A stretch of 36,051 bases of DNA from Candidatus Bipolaricaulia bacterium. Lineage in GTDB: Bacteria; Bipolaricaulota; Bipolaricaulia; JBHIAT01. The notes beneath the pieces are model-generated. The model saw nothing but the letters and a program-made list of their open reading frames with translations, did not search any database and was not told where the DNA came from. The position numbers were made by a program, and so were the translations under genes. The stretch covers positions 1 to 36,051 of the forward strand of contig JBHIAT010000013.1 of the NCBI GenBank assembly GCA_046758705.1, written 5' to 3'. This document shows positions 8,400 to 17,156 of this stretch, piece after piece. Position 1 is the stretch's first letter. Every line of letters starts with the position of its first letter.

Positions 8400-8457
8400 A
8401 TTATAGCAAAATGTTGTGATGTTTTCTCTTTTGAAGATAGTCGTCCATGAACGGAGA

Positions 8458-8486
8458 TTGACAGAAGATTTCTTCGACAGTATACT
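8458..8486 (+). promoter_or_regulatory. sigma70 promoter of the valS leader transcript
   Basis: TTGACA (8458-8463), 17 bp, TATACT (8481-8486). Confidence 0.85.
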
Positions 8487-8505
8487 AAGCTGTTAGGAGG
8501 ATTTC

Positions 8506-8604
8506 ATGGATCAGTCCCTTGCACCTGTTGAACGAGTCGGTGGGCAGGTCGTAGGTGTAGTATCCGTATCCCTACGTCACCGACCCATTGCGTTCGGGTG
8601 CTAA
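8506..8604 (+). CDS. Val-rich leader peptide, 32 aa (MDQSLAPVERVGGQVVGVVSVSLRHRPIAFGC)
   Basis: AGGAGG RBS at 8495-8500; 7 Val codons, 5 of them in GTC GTA GGT GTA GTA TCC GTA (8548-8568); lies directly upstream of the attenuator and valS. Confidence 0.82.
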   Translation: MDQSLAPVERVGGQVVGVVSVSLRHRPIAFGC

Positions 8605-8674
8605 GGGCTCGTACCTAGCATAGATCGGATGGGCGGGTGACGGAGACCTGCCCGTGTTTATTTTCGCCACGGGC
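8516..8674 (+). promoter_or_regulatory. Alternative attenuator hairpins of the valS leader
   Basis: GTCGGTG(8536-8542):CACCGAC(8578-8584); CGTCACCGACCCAT(8575-8588):ATGGGCGGGTGACG(8629-8642); ATGGGCGGGT(8629-8638):ACCTGCCCGT(8646-8655); GCCCGTG(8650-8656):CACGGGC(8668-8674). Confidence 0.78.
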
Positions 8675-8704
8675 GAACGGAACTGCTCGTGGCGTTTTCA
8701 TTTT
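8665..8704 (+). terminator. Intrinsic terminator (attenuator) immediately before the valS RBS
   Basis: CGCCACGGGC (8665-8674) / GCTCGTGGCG (8685-8694) 10-bp stem followed by TTTTCATTTT. Confidence 0.85.
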
Positions 8705-8714
8705 GGAGGTTGAG

Positions 8715-11123
8715 ATGAGTCAGTTAACCAAGCGATATGACTTCAGGAGCGTCGAGAAGCGATGGCGCGATCTCTGGAACGAGCGAGGGATCTACCGATT
8801 CGATCCCGACGGCGACCGACCGATCTACGCGATCGACACCCCGCCGCCAACCGTCTCCGGGAACCTGCACATCGGCCACGTCTTCTCCTACACCCATGCC
8901 GACATCATCGCCCGGTTCCGGCGGATGCGAGGCGATCGGGTCTTTTACCCGTTCGGGTTTGACGACAACGGGCTGGCGAGCGAGCGGTTCGTCGAGCAAG
9001 AACACGGCGTCAGCGTCCGAGAGCTAGACCGGCCGACCTTCGAAAAGCTCTGTCTGGAAACGACCCGCAACATGGAAAAACGGTTCGAAGCGCTATGGAA
9101 TAGCGTGGGTCTGAGCGTCGACTGGAACTTCCGCTACCGGACGATTGAGCCCCTGGCGCAACGGATCTCTCAACGGTCGTTCATCGAGCTGTACCGAAAC
9201 GGGCGAGCCTATCGCAAGGACGCTCCGTCGCTGTGGTGCCCGGAGTGTCAGACGGCGATCGCCCAAGCGGAACTTGAGGATCGGGAACGAAAGGCCACCT
9301 GGGTCGAACTGCGGTTCGAAGTCGATGGAGGTGAGCCGATCACCATCGGAACGACCCGACCCGAGTTGCTCCCCGCCTGTGCCGCCATCTTCGTCCATCC
9401 CCAGGATGGGCGTTATATCCACTTGATTGGCAAGCAGGCCAGAACCCCGCTCTTCGACGAAGCCATCCCGACCCTCGCCGACGAACGGGCCGACCCGGAG
9501 CTGGGGACCGGGATCGTGATGTGCTGCACCTTCGGCGATGTGACCGACATCGAGTGGTGGAACGCGCACGATCTGCCGCTCAAGTTAGCCATCGACCGAA
9601 ATGGCCAGATGAGCGAGCCGGCCGGGCGATATGCTGGTCTCCCACTGACCGAGGCCCGAACGCGGATCCTGGAGGATCTGAAGCAGAATGGCACGCTGCT
9701 CGGGGAACGGGCCATCACACACACGGTGAACGTTCACGAGCGCTGCGGAACGGAGGTCGAGTTCCTGGTGACCCGGCAATGGTTCATCCGGGTTCTGGAC
9801 CTGAAGGAGCAACTGCTCGACGCGGGAGCGCAGATCGAATGGACTCCGCCGTTCATGAGAAAACACTACGAGCACTGGGTCCGAAACCTGCGCTGGGACT
9901 GGTGCATCTCCCGACAGCGACCGTTCGGCGTGCCGTTTCCGGTCTGGTTCTGCCGGAACTGCGACGAGATCCTGGTGGCAGACGAGCACGATCTTCCTGT
10001 CGATCCGACCCAAAAGTCACCGGATCGACCCTGCGGATGCGGAAGCGAGGCGTTTGAGCCGGAACAGGATGTGATGGACACCTGGGCGACCTCGGCACTG
10101 ACCCCGCAGATCACCGCCCGTTGGGGCGAGCCGGACGACCTCTCGGATCGGGTCATCCCCATGGACCTTCGTCCCCAGGCCCACGACATCATCCGCACCT
10201 GGGCGTTTTACACGATCGTCAAGTCGCTGTTGCATACTGGGGAGATCCCGTGGCGGTGGGTTTTGATATCGGGACATGCGCTCAAGCGGAACCAGAAGAT
10301 CAGCAAGTCAAAGGGGGTCTCGACCGATCCGTTATCGTTGATCGAGGCCCGGTCGGCCGACGCGATACGCTACTGGGCGTGCGAGACCCGACCCGGGCGG
10401 GACACCGCTTACAGCGAGGACGTCGTCGCTCAGGGACAACGGACGATGATCAAACTGTGGAACGCGTCTCGGTTTGCGCTCATACACCTGGAGGACTATG
10501 ACGAATCCGAAGATAGACCTGCACTCCGGATCATCGACTGCTGGTTGCTGTCAAGACTCTCCAAGACGATCGAGACGGCGTCCCGCCACCTCGAGTCGCA
10601 CGATTACACCTCGGCTAAGGAGATGGTCGAACGCTTCTTCTGGCGGGATCTCTGCGACAACTATCTGGAGTTCGTCAAGCGCCGGCTTTACCATCCTAAG
10701 AAGCAGGCCGAGCGGCAGGCGGTCCAGTATACCTTGCACCATAGCCTCCTAACGGTGTTAAAGCTGTTCGCTCCGATCCTTCCCTACATCACCGAAGAGA
10801 TCTACCATCACGGTTTCGCCGAACGAGAGGGATGCGAGTTGATCCATCTCAGCTCGTGGCCCGAGGCGCATCCGGATTGGACCGATCCGGAAGCAGATAC
10901 CATCGGCGAGCTGGCGATCTCGGTCGTCGAGGCAGTTCGCAAGGAAAAGAGCCTCAGAAAGCTGTCTATGGCGAAGCCGGTCCGGGAGCTGGTGATCCGT
11001 TGCGACGCTGAGACAAACCACCGGCTGGAGCCGGTGCTCCAGGATATCCAGGATCTGACCTATGCTGAAGCGGTCAGCTCCGTCTTGGACGACGTCCCGC
11101 TGGAGGTGATGGTGCGCTTTTGA
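8715..11123 (+). CDS. valS: Valyl-tRNA synthetase, archaeal-like type 2, 802 aa
   Basis: DTPPPTVSGNLHIGH, GFDDNGL, WDWCISRQR, DVMDTWATS, RPQAHDIIRTWAFYT, KISKS; no C-terminal coiled coil. GGAGGT RBS supports the ATG at 8715 rather than 8637. Confidence 0.96.
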   Translation: MSQLTKRYDFRSVEKRWRDLWNERGIYRFDPDGDRPIYAIDTPPPTVSGNLHIGHVFSYTHADIIARFRRMRGDRVFYPFGFDDNGLASERFVEQEHGVSVRELDRPTFEKLCLETTRNMEKRFEALWNSVGLSVDWNFRYRTIEPLAQRISQRSFIELYRNGRAYRKDAPSLWCPECQTAIAQAELEDRERKATWVELRFEVDGGEPITIGTTRPELLPACAAIFVHPQDGRYIHLIGKQARTPLFDEAIPTLADERADPELGTGIVMCCTFGDVTDIEWWNAHDLPLKLAIDRNGQMSEPAGRYAGLPLTEARTRILEDLKQNGTLLGERAITHTVNVHERCGTEVEFLVTRQWFIRVLDLKEQLLDAGAQIEWTPPFMRKHYEHWVRNLRWDWCISRQRPFGVPFPVWFCRNCDEILVADEHDLPVDPTQKSPDRPCGCGSEAFEPEQDVMDTWATSALTPQITARWGEPDDLSDRVIPMDLRPQAHDIIRTWAFYTIVKSLLHTGEIPWRWVLISGHALKRNQKISKSKGVSTDPLSLIEARSADAIRYWACETRPGRDTAYSEDVVAQGQRTMIKLWNASRFALIHLEDYDESEDRPALRIIDCWLLSRLSKTIETASRHLESHDYTSAKEMVERFFWRDLCDNYLEFVKRRLYHPKKQAERQAVQYTLHHSLLTVLKLFAPILPYITEEIYHHGFAEREGCELIHLSSWPEAHPDWTDPEADTIGELAISVVEAVRKEKSLRKLSMAKPVRELVIRCDAETNHRLEPVLQDIQDLTYAEAVSSVLDDVPLEVMVRF

Positions 11124-11136
11124 AGCACGTGAAGTA

Positions 11137-11176
11137 TGACAACCGATTGCTTCGGCCGTCCGGATTGTGCTAAACT
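11137..11176 (+). promoter_or_regulatory. Putative promoter with overlapping LacI-type operator for the sugar cluster
   Basis: TGACAACCGATTGC (11137-11150) overlaps TTGCTT; extended -10 TGcTAAACT at 11168-11176. Confidence 0.4.
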
Positions 11177-11196
11177 ACGGTTGAGGTGTTCTTCCA

Positions 11197-12030
11197 ATGA
11201 GCGTCACTCCAAGACTCAACCGACTTCTGGCCGCTGACGGCAAATGCTTCGATGTGGCCATCGATCACGGCTTTTTCAACGAAGTTGCCTTTCTATCCGG
11301 CATCGAGAATATGCACCGGGCGATCACCGCTATCGTCGAGGCGGCACCCGACGCGATTCAGCTCACCGTCGGACAGGCCCGGATTCTGCAGCAGATACCG
11401 GGCAAAGAGAAGCCCTCGCTGGTGCTGCGCACCGACGCGGCGAACGTCTACGGCAAGGACCTGCCTCACTTCCTGTTCAACCAACTCATCGATAACCCGG
11501 TGGAACAGGCCCTGGCTCTCGACACGACCTCCGTGGTCACCAATCTGTTGTTGTTGCCCGATCAGCCCGAGCTCCACCATCAGTGCATCGAGAACATCTG
11601 CCGCCTGAAACCCGACTGTGAGTACTATGGCATGCCACTGATGATTGAGCCCCTGGTCATGAAACCCAACCAGGAACGGGGCGGTTACCAGGTTGACGGC
11701 GACCTGAACAAGATTCTGGGGTTGGTTCGTCAGGCGGTGGAGCTCGGGGCCGATGTCATCAAAGCCGACCCCTGCGACAACGTGCAAGATTACTACCAGG
11801 TCGTTGAGATCGCCGGCGATGTGCCGATCCTGGTCCGGGGCGGTGGGAAGGTCTCCGACGAGGAGATCCTGAAGCGCACCGCCGAACTGATAGAGCAGGG
11901 CGCTGCCGGCATCGTCTACGGCCGCAACGTCATTCACCATGAAAATCCGGTTAAGATGACCCAGGCACTCATGGCAGTGGTGCACGACGGTGCCAGTCCG
12001 GAGGAAGCGCTGAGTATCTTGAGATCTTGA
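11197..12030 (+). CDS. Class I aldolase, DhnA/FbaB/LsrF family
   Basis: AIDHG, PLMIEP, ELGADVIKA (Schiff-base Lys), VRGGG, GIVYGRNV. Confidence 0.9.
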   Translation: MSVTPRLNRLLAADGKCFDVAIDHGFFNEVAFLSGIENMHRAITAIVEAAPDAIQLTVGQARILQQIPGKEKPSLVLRTDAANVYGKDLPHFLFNQLIDNPVEQALALDTTSVVTNLLLLPDQPELHHQCIENICRLKPDCEYYGMPLMIEPLVMKPNQERGGYQVDGDLNKILGLVRQAVELGADVIKADPCDNVQDYYQVVEIAGDVPILVRGGGKVSDEEILKRTAELIEQGAAGIVYGRNVIHHENPVKMTQALMAVVHDGASPEEALSILRS

Positions 12031-12038
12031 GATCAGCG

Positions 12039-13178
12039 ATGGCCAAACGAGAGATCGGAATCGGCATCATCGGATGTGGTCTGATGGGTCGAGAGATCGC
12101 CAGCGCCAGTGCGCGATGGTGCGACCTGTTAAACCTTGATTTTGCACCCAAGATCGTCGGCATCTGCGATACCAATCCTGCTACCTTCAATTGGTTCCAA
12201 ACCCATTTCGACTTGATCACGCTTGCGACCCGCGATTACCAAGAACTTCTTGGACATCCTGGGATCGAGGTGATTTACTGCGCCGTCCCGCACCATCTGC
12301 ACGAGCGCTTCTACATCGACATCATCAGTGTGGGCAAACACCTGCTGGGCGAAAAGCCGTTCGGCATAGACCGCGCCGCCAACGCGCGCATCATGGATGC
12401 CATTCGCGCCAACCCTGACGTGCTCGTCCGCTGCTCCTCGGAGTTCCCGTTCTTCCCCGGCGCCCAGAAGATCGTGGGATATATCCGTGACGGGCGTTTC
12501 GGTCAAATTCTGGAGGTAGAAGCCGGATTTCATCACAGCAGCGACCTGAATCCGAACAAACCGATCAACTGGAAACGCCAGGCCCAATTCAACGGCGAAT
12601 CCGGATCTATGAGCGATCTAGGCATACACATGATGCACATCCCGCTGCGCTTCGGCTGGCTTCCCCACAACCTGCGCGCGCTGCTCTCCAACGTGGTCCC
12701 AGAGCGACCGGATCGAGACGGCAATTTGGTGCCGTGTGACACCTGGGATAACGCCACGCTCGCCTGTGAGGTCAAAACGGGCGATCAGAGCTTCCCTATG
12801 CTCTTGTCGACCAAACGCATCGCCCCCGGCGAAACGAACACCTGGTATATCAAAGTGCTCGGCACCCGATTCTCAGCCGAGTTTACCACCAAGTATCCCA
12901 GAACGTTGAGGACCCTGAGTTATGAGCCCGGCGGTGAACAGGCGTGGCAGACGGTCGACCTGGGATACGACACCGTTTACCCTTCCATCACCGGGGGGAT
13001 CTTCGAGTTCGGTTTTCCCGATGCCGTTCTACAGATGCTTGCGGCCTTCTGCGATGAGCTGGTCCACGGCCCGCAGGTGCCGTTTTCTTGCGCCACTCCT
13101 GAAGAAACCGAGCTCAGCCATCGCATCATCGACGCAGCGTTGGAATCGCAGCGCTCGGGGCAGGTGGTGACACTCTAA
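12039..13178 (+). CDS. Gfo/Idh/MocA-family NAD(P)-dependent oxidoreductase
   Basis: IGIIGCGLMG, CAVPHHLH, GKHLLGEKP, DLGIH. Confidence 0.92.
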   Translation: MAKREIGIGIIGCGLMGREIASASARWCDLLNLDFAPKIVGICDTNPATFNWFQTHFDLITLATRDYQELLGHPGIEVIYCAVPHHLHERFYIDIISVGKHLLGEKPFGIDRAANARIMDAIRANPDVLVRCSSEFPFFPGAQKIVGYIRDGRFGQILEVEAGFHHSSDLNPNKPINWKRQAQFNGESGSMSDLGIHMMHIPLRFGWLPHNLRALLSNVVPERPDRDGNLVPCDTWDNATLACEVKTGDQSFPMLLSTKRIAPGETNTWYIKVLGTRFSAEFTTKYPRTLRTLSYEPGGEQAWQTVDLGYDTVYPSITGGIFEFGFPDAVLQMLAAFCDELVHGPQVPFSCATPEETELSHRIIDAALESQRSGQVVTL

Positions 13179-13179
13179 A

Positions 13180-14355
13180 GTGTCCGTTGATGCCATCGTG
13201 GCCGGCCACATCTGCCTGGACGTCATTCCAACCCTGAATAGCGGTCAGGCCAATCTGGAGCAGATGATGATTCCCGGGCGTCTGTCGGAGGTCGGTTCGG
13301 CCGTTTTGTCGCCCGGAGGACCGGTCTCCAACACCGGGTTGGCCCTGCACCGATTGGGCATTAAGACTCGGCTGATGGGCAAAGTGGGAAATGATGTCTT
13401 CGGACAGGCGATCTTGGAGGCCATCGAATCGGAAGGTCAAGGGCTGACTGAGGGGATGGCCGTGATGGACAGTGAAGCCAGCTCCTACACCGTCATCCTC
13501 AGCCCACCCGACGTCGACCGCATCTTCTTACACCATCCCGGCTGCAACGACACCTTCGCCGCCGACGATCTGCGCTACGACATGTTGGAGAAGGCGCGTC
13601 TGTTTCACTTCGGTTACCCGCCCATCATGAAGCGCATGTACCAGGAGGACGGCGCGGAGCTGGTCGAGATCTTTCGCCGCGCCCGACGGACGGGGGTGAC
13701 CACCTCCCTCGACATGGCGATGCCTGATCCGAACGCGCCTTCCGGGCAGGCCGACTGGAAAAAGATCCTGAAAGTTACGCTGCCCCACGTCGATCTGTTT
13801 CTGCCCAGCGTCGAGGAGATGCTGTTCATGCTGCAGCGTGACGTCTTTGACGCGCTGTCCCAAGGTGAGAAGATCCCTGCTGAACTGGTGTCGAAACTTG
13901 GACAAGAACTGATCGACATGGGGGTGACGGTCGTCGGCCTGAAGGCGGGTGAACTTGGCCTGTACCTGCGCACCGCTGACGAACCATCGCTGGCCGATAT
14001 GGGTCGCGCTCGCCCCTCCGACTTCGCCACCTGGGCCGATCGCGAGCTGTGGTCCCCGTGTTTTGAGACGGCTGTGGCTGGCACCACCGGTGCCGGTGAT
14101 GCCACCATCGCCGGCTTCCTCAGCGGTCTGCTGCGCGATATGAGCCCCGAACAGACGCTGACGGCTGCCTGTGCGGTGGGGGCGTGCAACGTGGAGGCCG
14201 CTGATTCGTTGAGCGGCATCCGTAGCTGGTCCGAAACCCTGGCGCGCATCGCTGACGGCTGGCCCCGTCGACACCTGTTCCTAAACGCGCCCGGCTGGCG
14301 CTTCGACCCGGATCGTCAGCTGTGGATCGGCCCGGCAGATGCGCAGGGTATATAA
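13180..14355 (+). CDS. PfkB-family carbohydrate kinase
   Basis: GGPVSNTGLAL-RLG, GKVGNDVFG, GTTGAGDATIAGFL. Confidence 0.92.
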   Translation: MSVDAIVAGHICLDVIPTLNSGQANLEQMMIPGRLSEVGSAVLSPGGPVSNTGLALHRLGIKTRLMGKVGNDVFGQAILEAIESEGQGLTEGMAVMDSEASSYTVILSPPDVDRIFLHHPGCNDTFAADDLRYDMLEKARLFHFGYPPIMKRMYQEDGAELVEIFRRARRTGVTTSLDMAMPDPNAPSGQADWKKILKVTLPHVDLFLPSVEEMLFMLQRDVFDALSQGEKIPAELVSKLGQELIDMGVTVVGLKAGELGLYLRTADEPSLADMGRARPSDFATWADRELWSPCFETAVAGTTGAGDATIAGFLSGLLRDMSPEQTLTAACAVGACNVEAADSLSGIRSWSETLARIADGWPRRHLFLNAPGWRFDPDRQLWIGPADAQGI

Positions 14356-14356
14356 G

Positions 14357-15835
14357 ATGGATTATCTGTTGGGCATCGATTTAGGCACCACCAATTTGAA
14401 GGCGCTGTTGATCGACCGGGAAGGGAAGGTCGTCGCCCAAGCTAGTGCCGCTTATCCCACCCAAACGCCTCAACCGGGATGGTCGGAACAGGATCCCAAG
14501 GTATGGTGGAAACGGCTCTGTGAACTTCTGCCTTCGGTCATCGGCAAGGTTCGACCGACCGATATCTCCGCCGTGGGACTCTCCGGGCAGATGCACGGCG
14601 CGGTATTCGTCGACGGTCAAGGAGAGCTGCTTCGCCCGTGCATCATCTGGGTTGATCAGCGGGCGATCCAGGAGGCCGAGGAGATCGAGGATCGAATCGG
14701 CTGGGACGTGCTGAGAACGACGGTGGGGAACCGGTCTTTGCCCGATTTCACACTGCCTAAGATCCTCTGGATCCAAAAGAACGAACCGGAACTCTTTCGC
14801 AGAACGGAAAAAATCCTGCTGCCCAAGGGCTATATACGGTTCCGCCTGACCGGAAAATTTTACATGGAGGTCGCCGATGGTTCGTCGGCACTGCTCGTTG
14901 ACATCTACAAACGGACCTGGGCTGAAGAGATCCTGACCGAACTCCAGGTGCCACTATCGAAACTTCCACCGCTCTGTGAGTCGACCGCCATCGTCGGAAA
15001 GATCACCCCAACGGCCGCGAAACAGACCGGGCTAGCCGAAGGAACGCCGGTCATCGCCGGGGCAGGGGATCAGCAGGCCGGAGCATTGGGCAGTGGTGTT
15101 ATTAAGCCGGGTGTCGTTTCGGCGACCATCGGAACCGGAGGACAAGTCTACACCACAGCAGAATCTCCGGTCGTGGAGCCGGAGGGCCGAGTCCATACCT
15201 TCTGTCAATGCCTGCCGGACAAGTGGCACATTATGGGGGCCATGAAGACGGCTGGCCTGGCCCTAAGCTGGTTCCATCGAAACGTTCTGGCTGATCAAAT
15301 CACCTACGAGAAAATAGATGAGTGGGCAGAACAGGCTGAGCCCGGAAGCAACGGGTTGATCTTTCTTCCCTACTTGACCGGGGAACGGACCCCTCATCTC
15401 AATCCCGATGCCAAAGGCGTGTTCTTCGGTCTCACGCTTGAGCATAACCTGGCTTACTTGGCTCGGGCGCTGATGGAAGGGGTCGCTTTCGGAATGCGCG
15501 ATAGCTTGGAGCTGCTCAAGGAGATGGATCTCCCCATCGAAGAGATCCGATTGGCCGGCGGTGGAGCCAAAAGCCGGCGGTGGAGTCAGATCCAGGCTGA
15601 TATCTATGGAATGCGCGTCTACAAAGCACCTGTAAAGGATCAATCGGCTTACGGCGCCGCATTGCTGGCCGGGCTTGGGGTTGGATTTTATCCTGAGTTA
15701 GATCGTTTACCTCAACGTCTCTTTGAAGCCGAAAAGAGGATCGATCCTATAGAGAGGAATGTCCAAGCATACAACCAGCTACATAAACGATACAAAAGCC
15801 TTTATCGTGCTCTTGAGGATTTGTTTACGATGTGA
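14357..15835 (+). CDS. xylB: Xylulokinase-like FGGY carbohydrate kinase
   Basis: LGIDLGTT, SGQMHG, GAGDQ, FLPYLTGERTPH, RALMEGVAF, GGGAKS. Exact substrate uncertain. Confidence 0.85.
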   Translation: MDYLLGIDLGTTNLKALLIDREGKVVAQASAAYPTQTPQPGWSEQDPKVWWKRLCELLPSVIGKVRPTDISAVGLSGQMHGAVFVDGQGELLRPCIIWVDQRAIQEAEEIEDRIGWDVLRTTVGNRSLPDFTLPKILWIQKNEPELFRRTEKILLPKGYIRFRLTGKFYMEVADGSSALLVDIYKRTWAEEILTELQVPLSKLPPLCESTAIVGKITPTAAKQTGLAEGTPVIAGAGDQQAGALGSGVIKPGVVSATIGTGGQVYTTAESPVVEPEGRVHTFCQCLPDKWHIMGAMKTAGLALSWFHRNVLADQITYEKIDEWAEQAEPGSNGLIFLPYLTGERTPHLNPDAKGVFFGLTLEHNLAYLARALMEGVAFGMRDSLELLKEMDLPIEEIRLAGGGAKSRRWSQIQADIYGMRVYKAPVKDQSAYGAALLAGLGVGFYPELDRLPQRLFEAEKRIDPIERNVQAYNQLHKRYKSLYRALEDLFTM

Positions 15836-15877
15836 ATTGACCTTAAACTAAAAGCGGATGCTACTCCTGTTTGCTTT

Positions 15878-15930
15878 TTGACTTCTCTGGAATGATATGC
15901 TACAGTGAATCTTACAGGTCAACGATTGCC
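15878..15930 (+). promoter_or_regulatory. Internal promoter and operator-like site for the ABC importer
   Basis: TTGACT-17 bp-TACAGT (15878-15906) with extended TG; GGTCAACGATTGCC at 15917-15930. Confidence 0.55.
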
Positions 15931-16024
15931 TTTAATGAAAAATGAAAGGGGGGATGTCATCTCATCTAAACCGGTCCAAGTGTTTTACAGGCCGATGCCA
16001 ATAAATTCAAAGGGAGGGAACATC

Positions 16025-17005
16025 ATGTTCAAAAGACTCTTCGTACTTGCGTTGGTTGTGCTATTGATAGCACCGCTGGGGATAGCGCCATTAGCAACGG
16101 CGCAGAGGACCATCAAGATCGGGTTCTTGCCGGGCGTTGTTGACCCCTTCTATCAGGTCATGGAACTTGGCGTCCGTCAGGCAGCCAGAGATCTAGGCAT
16201 AGACCTTGTAGTACAGGTCCCACCCTCATGGGGTCCCACGATCCAAACGCCGTTCCTTGATGCGATGGTGGCTCGTGGGGATCTGGATTACCTCATCATT
16301 GCCCCGACGGACAAGGAGCAGATGATCGCGCCGCTGGAAGCAGCGCGGGACGCCGGGATCGGAATCATCACCGTGGATACCTTCTTAGGCAACGGTGATT
16401 ATGTCAATGGCCCGGTGAAGTTCCCGATTTCCTATATCGGTACCGACAACGTCAAGATGGGACGTATCGCCGGTCAAGCCCTGGCTGAGGCGCTCGGTGG
16501 TCGAGGCAAGGTTTACATCCAGAACACCAACGCTGGCGTCAGCACCGTCGATCAGCGCTCACAGGGGTTCAAGGAAGGGATCGCAGAATTTCCGGGTATA
16601 GAACTCATCGGTGAAGACTTCAATCTCGATGACGCCAATCGCGCAGCCCAGCAGACGGCGGCGGTGCTGCAGCGTGAGCCCGACTTGGTTGGTATCTTCG
16701 GTGTCAACGTGTTTAGCGCATTAGGCGGCGGTCAAGCTGTTTTGAACGCGGGACTGGGCGGGGGCATCGAGGTGGTGGCCATCGACGCGACCGAATTTGC
16801 CATCGAACAACTGCAGGATGGGGTCTTCACCCTGGTCGTTGCCCAAATCCCCTTCGATATGGGCTATATGGCCGTGCAGTTCGCATTAGCAGACGCACGT
16901 GGCGTCCTCAGCCTGCCTAAGAGGGTCGAAACGGGACAGGCTGTCTTCAACCAAGCCAATGTGAACAGTCCTGAGATGCAACGCTTCATTTATAGCGTGC
17001 CGTAA
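16025..17005 (+). CDS. Sugar ABC transporter substrate-binding protein (RbsB-like, CUT2)
   Basis: Signal peptide ending ATA-Q; DPFY, IIAPTD, IITVD, IGTDN, QRSQGF, QIPFDMGY; AGGGAGG RBS before the ATG at 16025. Confidence 0.93.
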   Translation: MFKRLFVLALVVLLIAPLGIAPLATAQRTIKIGFLPGVVDPFYQVMELGVRQAARDLGIDLVVQVPPSWGPTIQTPFLDAMVARGDLDYLIIAPTDKEQMIAPLEAARDAGIGIITVDTFLGNGDYVNGPVKFPISYIGTDNVKMGRIAGQALAEALGGRGKVYIQNTNAGVSTVDQRSQGFKEGIAEFPGIELIGEDFNLDDANRAAQQTAAVLQREPDLVGIFGVNVFSALGGGQAVLNAGLGGGIEVVAIDATEFAIEQLQDGVFTLVVAQIPFDMGYMAVQFALADARGVLSLPKRVETGQAVFNQANVNSPEMQRFIYSVP

Positions 17006-17038
17006 AACTTGGCATATGCGTGTCAGTTTGTAAAGCGC

Positions 17039-17085
17039 TTGTCAGTAAGGCCGGTCCACTGGAACTGGATCGGCCTTACTGACAA
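17039..17085. repeat. 20-bp stem intercistronic hairpin after the substrate-binding protein gene
   Basis: TTGTCAGTAAGGCCGGTCCA-CTGGAAC-TGGATCGGCCTTACTGACAA, one G:U pair. Confidence 0.85.
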
Positions 17086-17156
17086 TTTAAGATGGATTTA
17101 TATTAATTAAGCTTGGCTTCACGCTGCTCGTATCAAAGCGAGGGACCTGAGCATTG

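Noticed and set aside
8490-8704. T-box riboswitch upstream of valS
   Set aside because: No GGTGGNACC T-box bulge or AG/GGTGNNA stem I motifs were found; the leader ORF and alternative helices explain the region better.
8637-8714. N-terminal extension of ValRS in the ORF track
   Set aside because: It runs through the attenuator hairpins, and the GGAGGT RBS points to the ATG at 8715.
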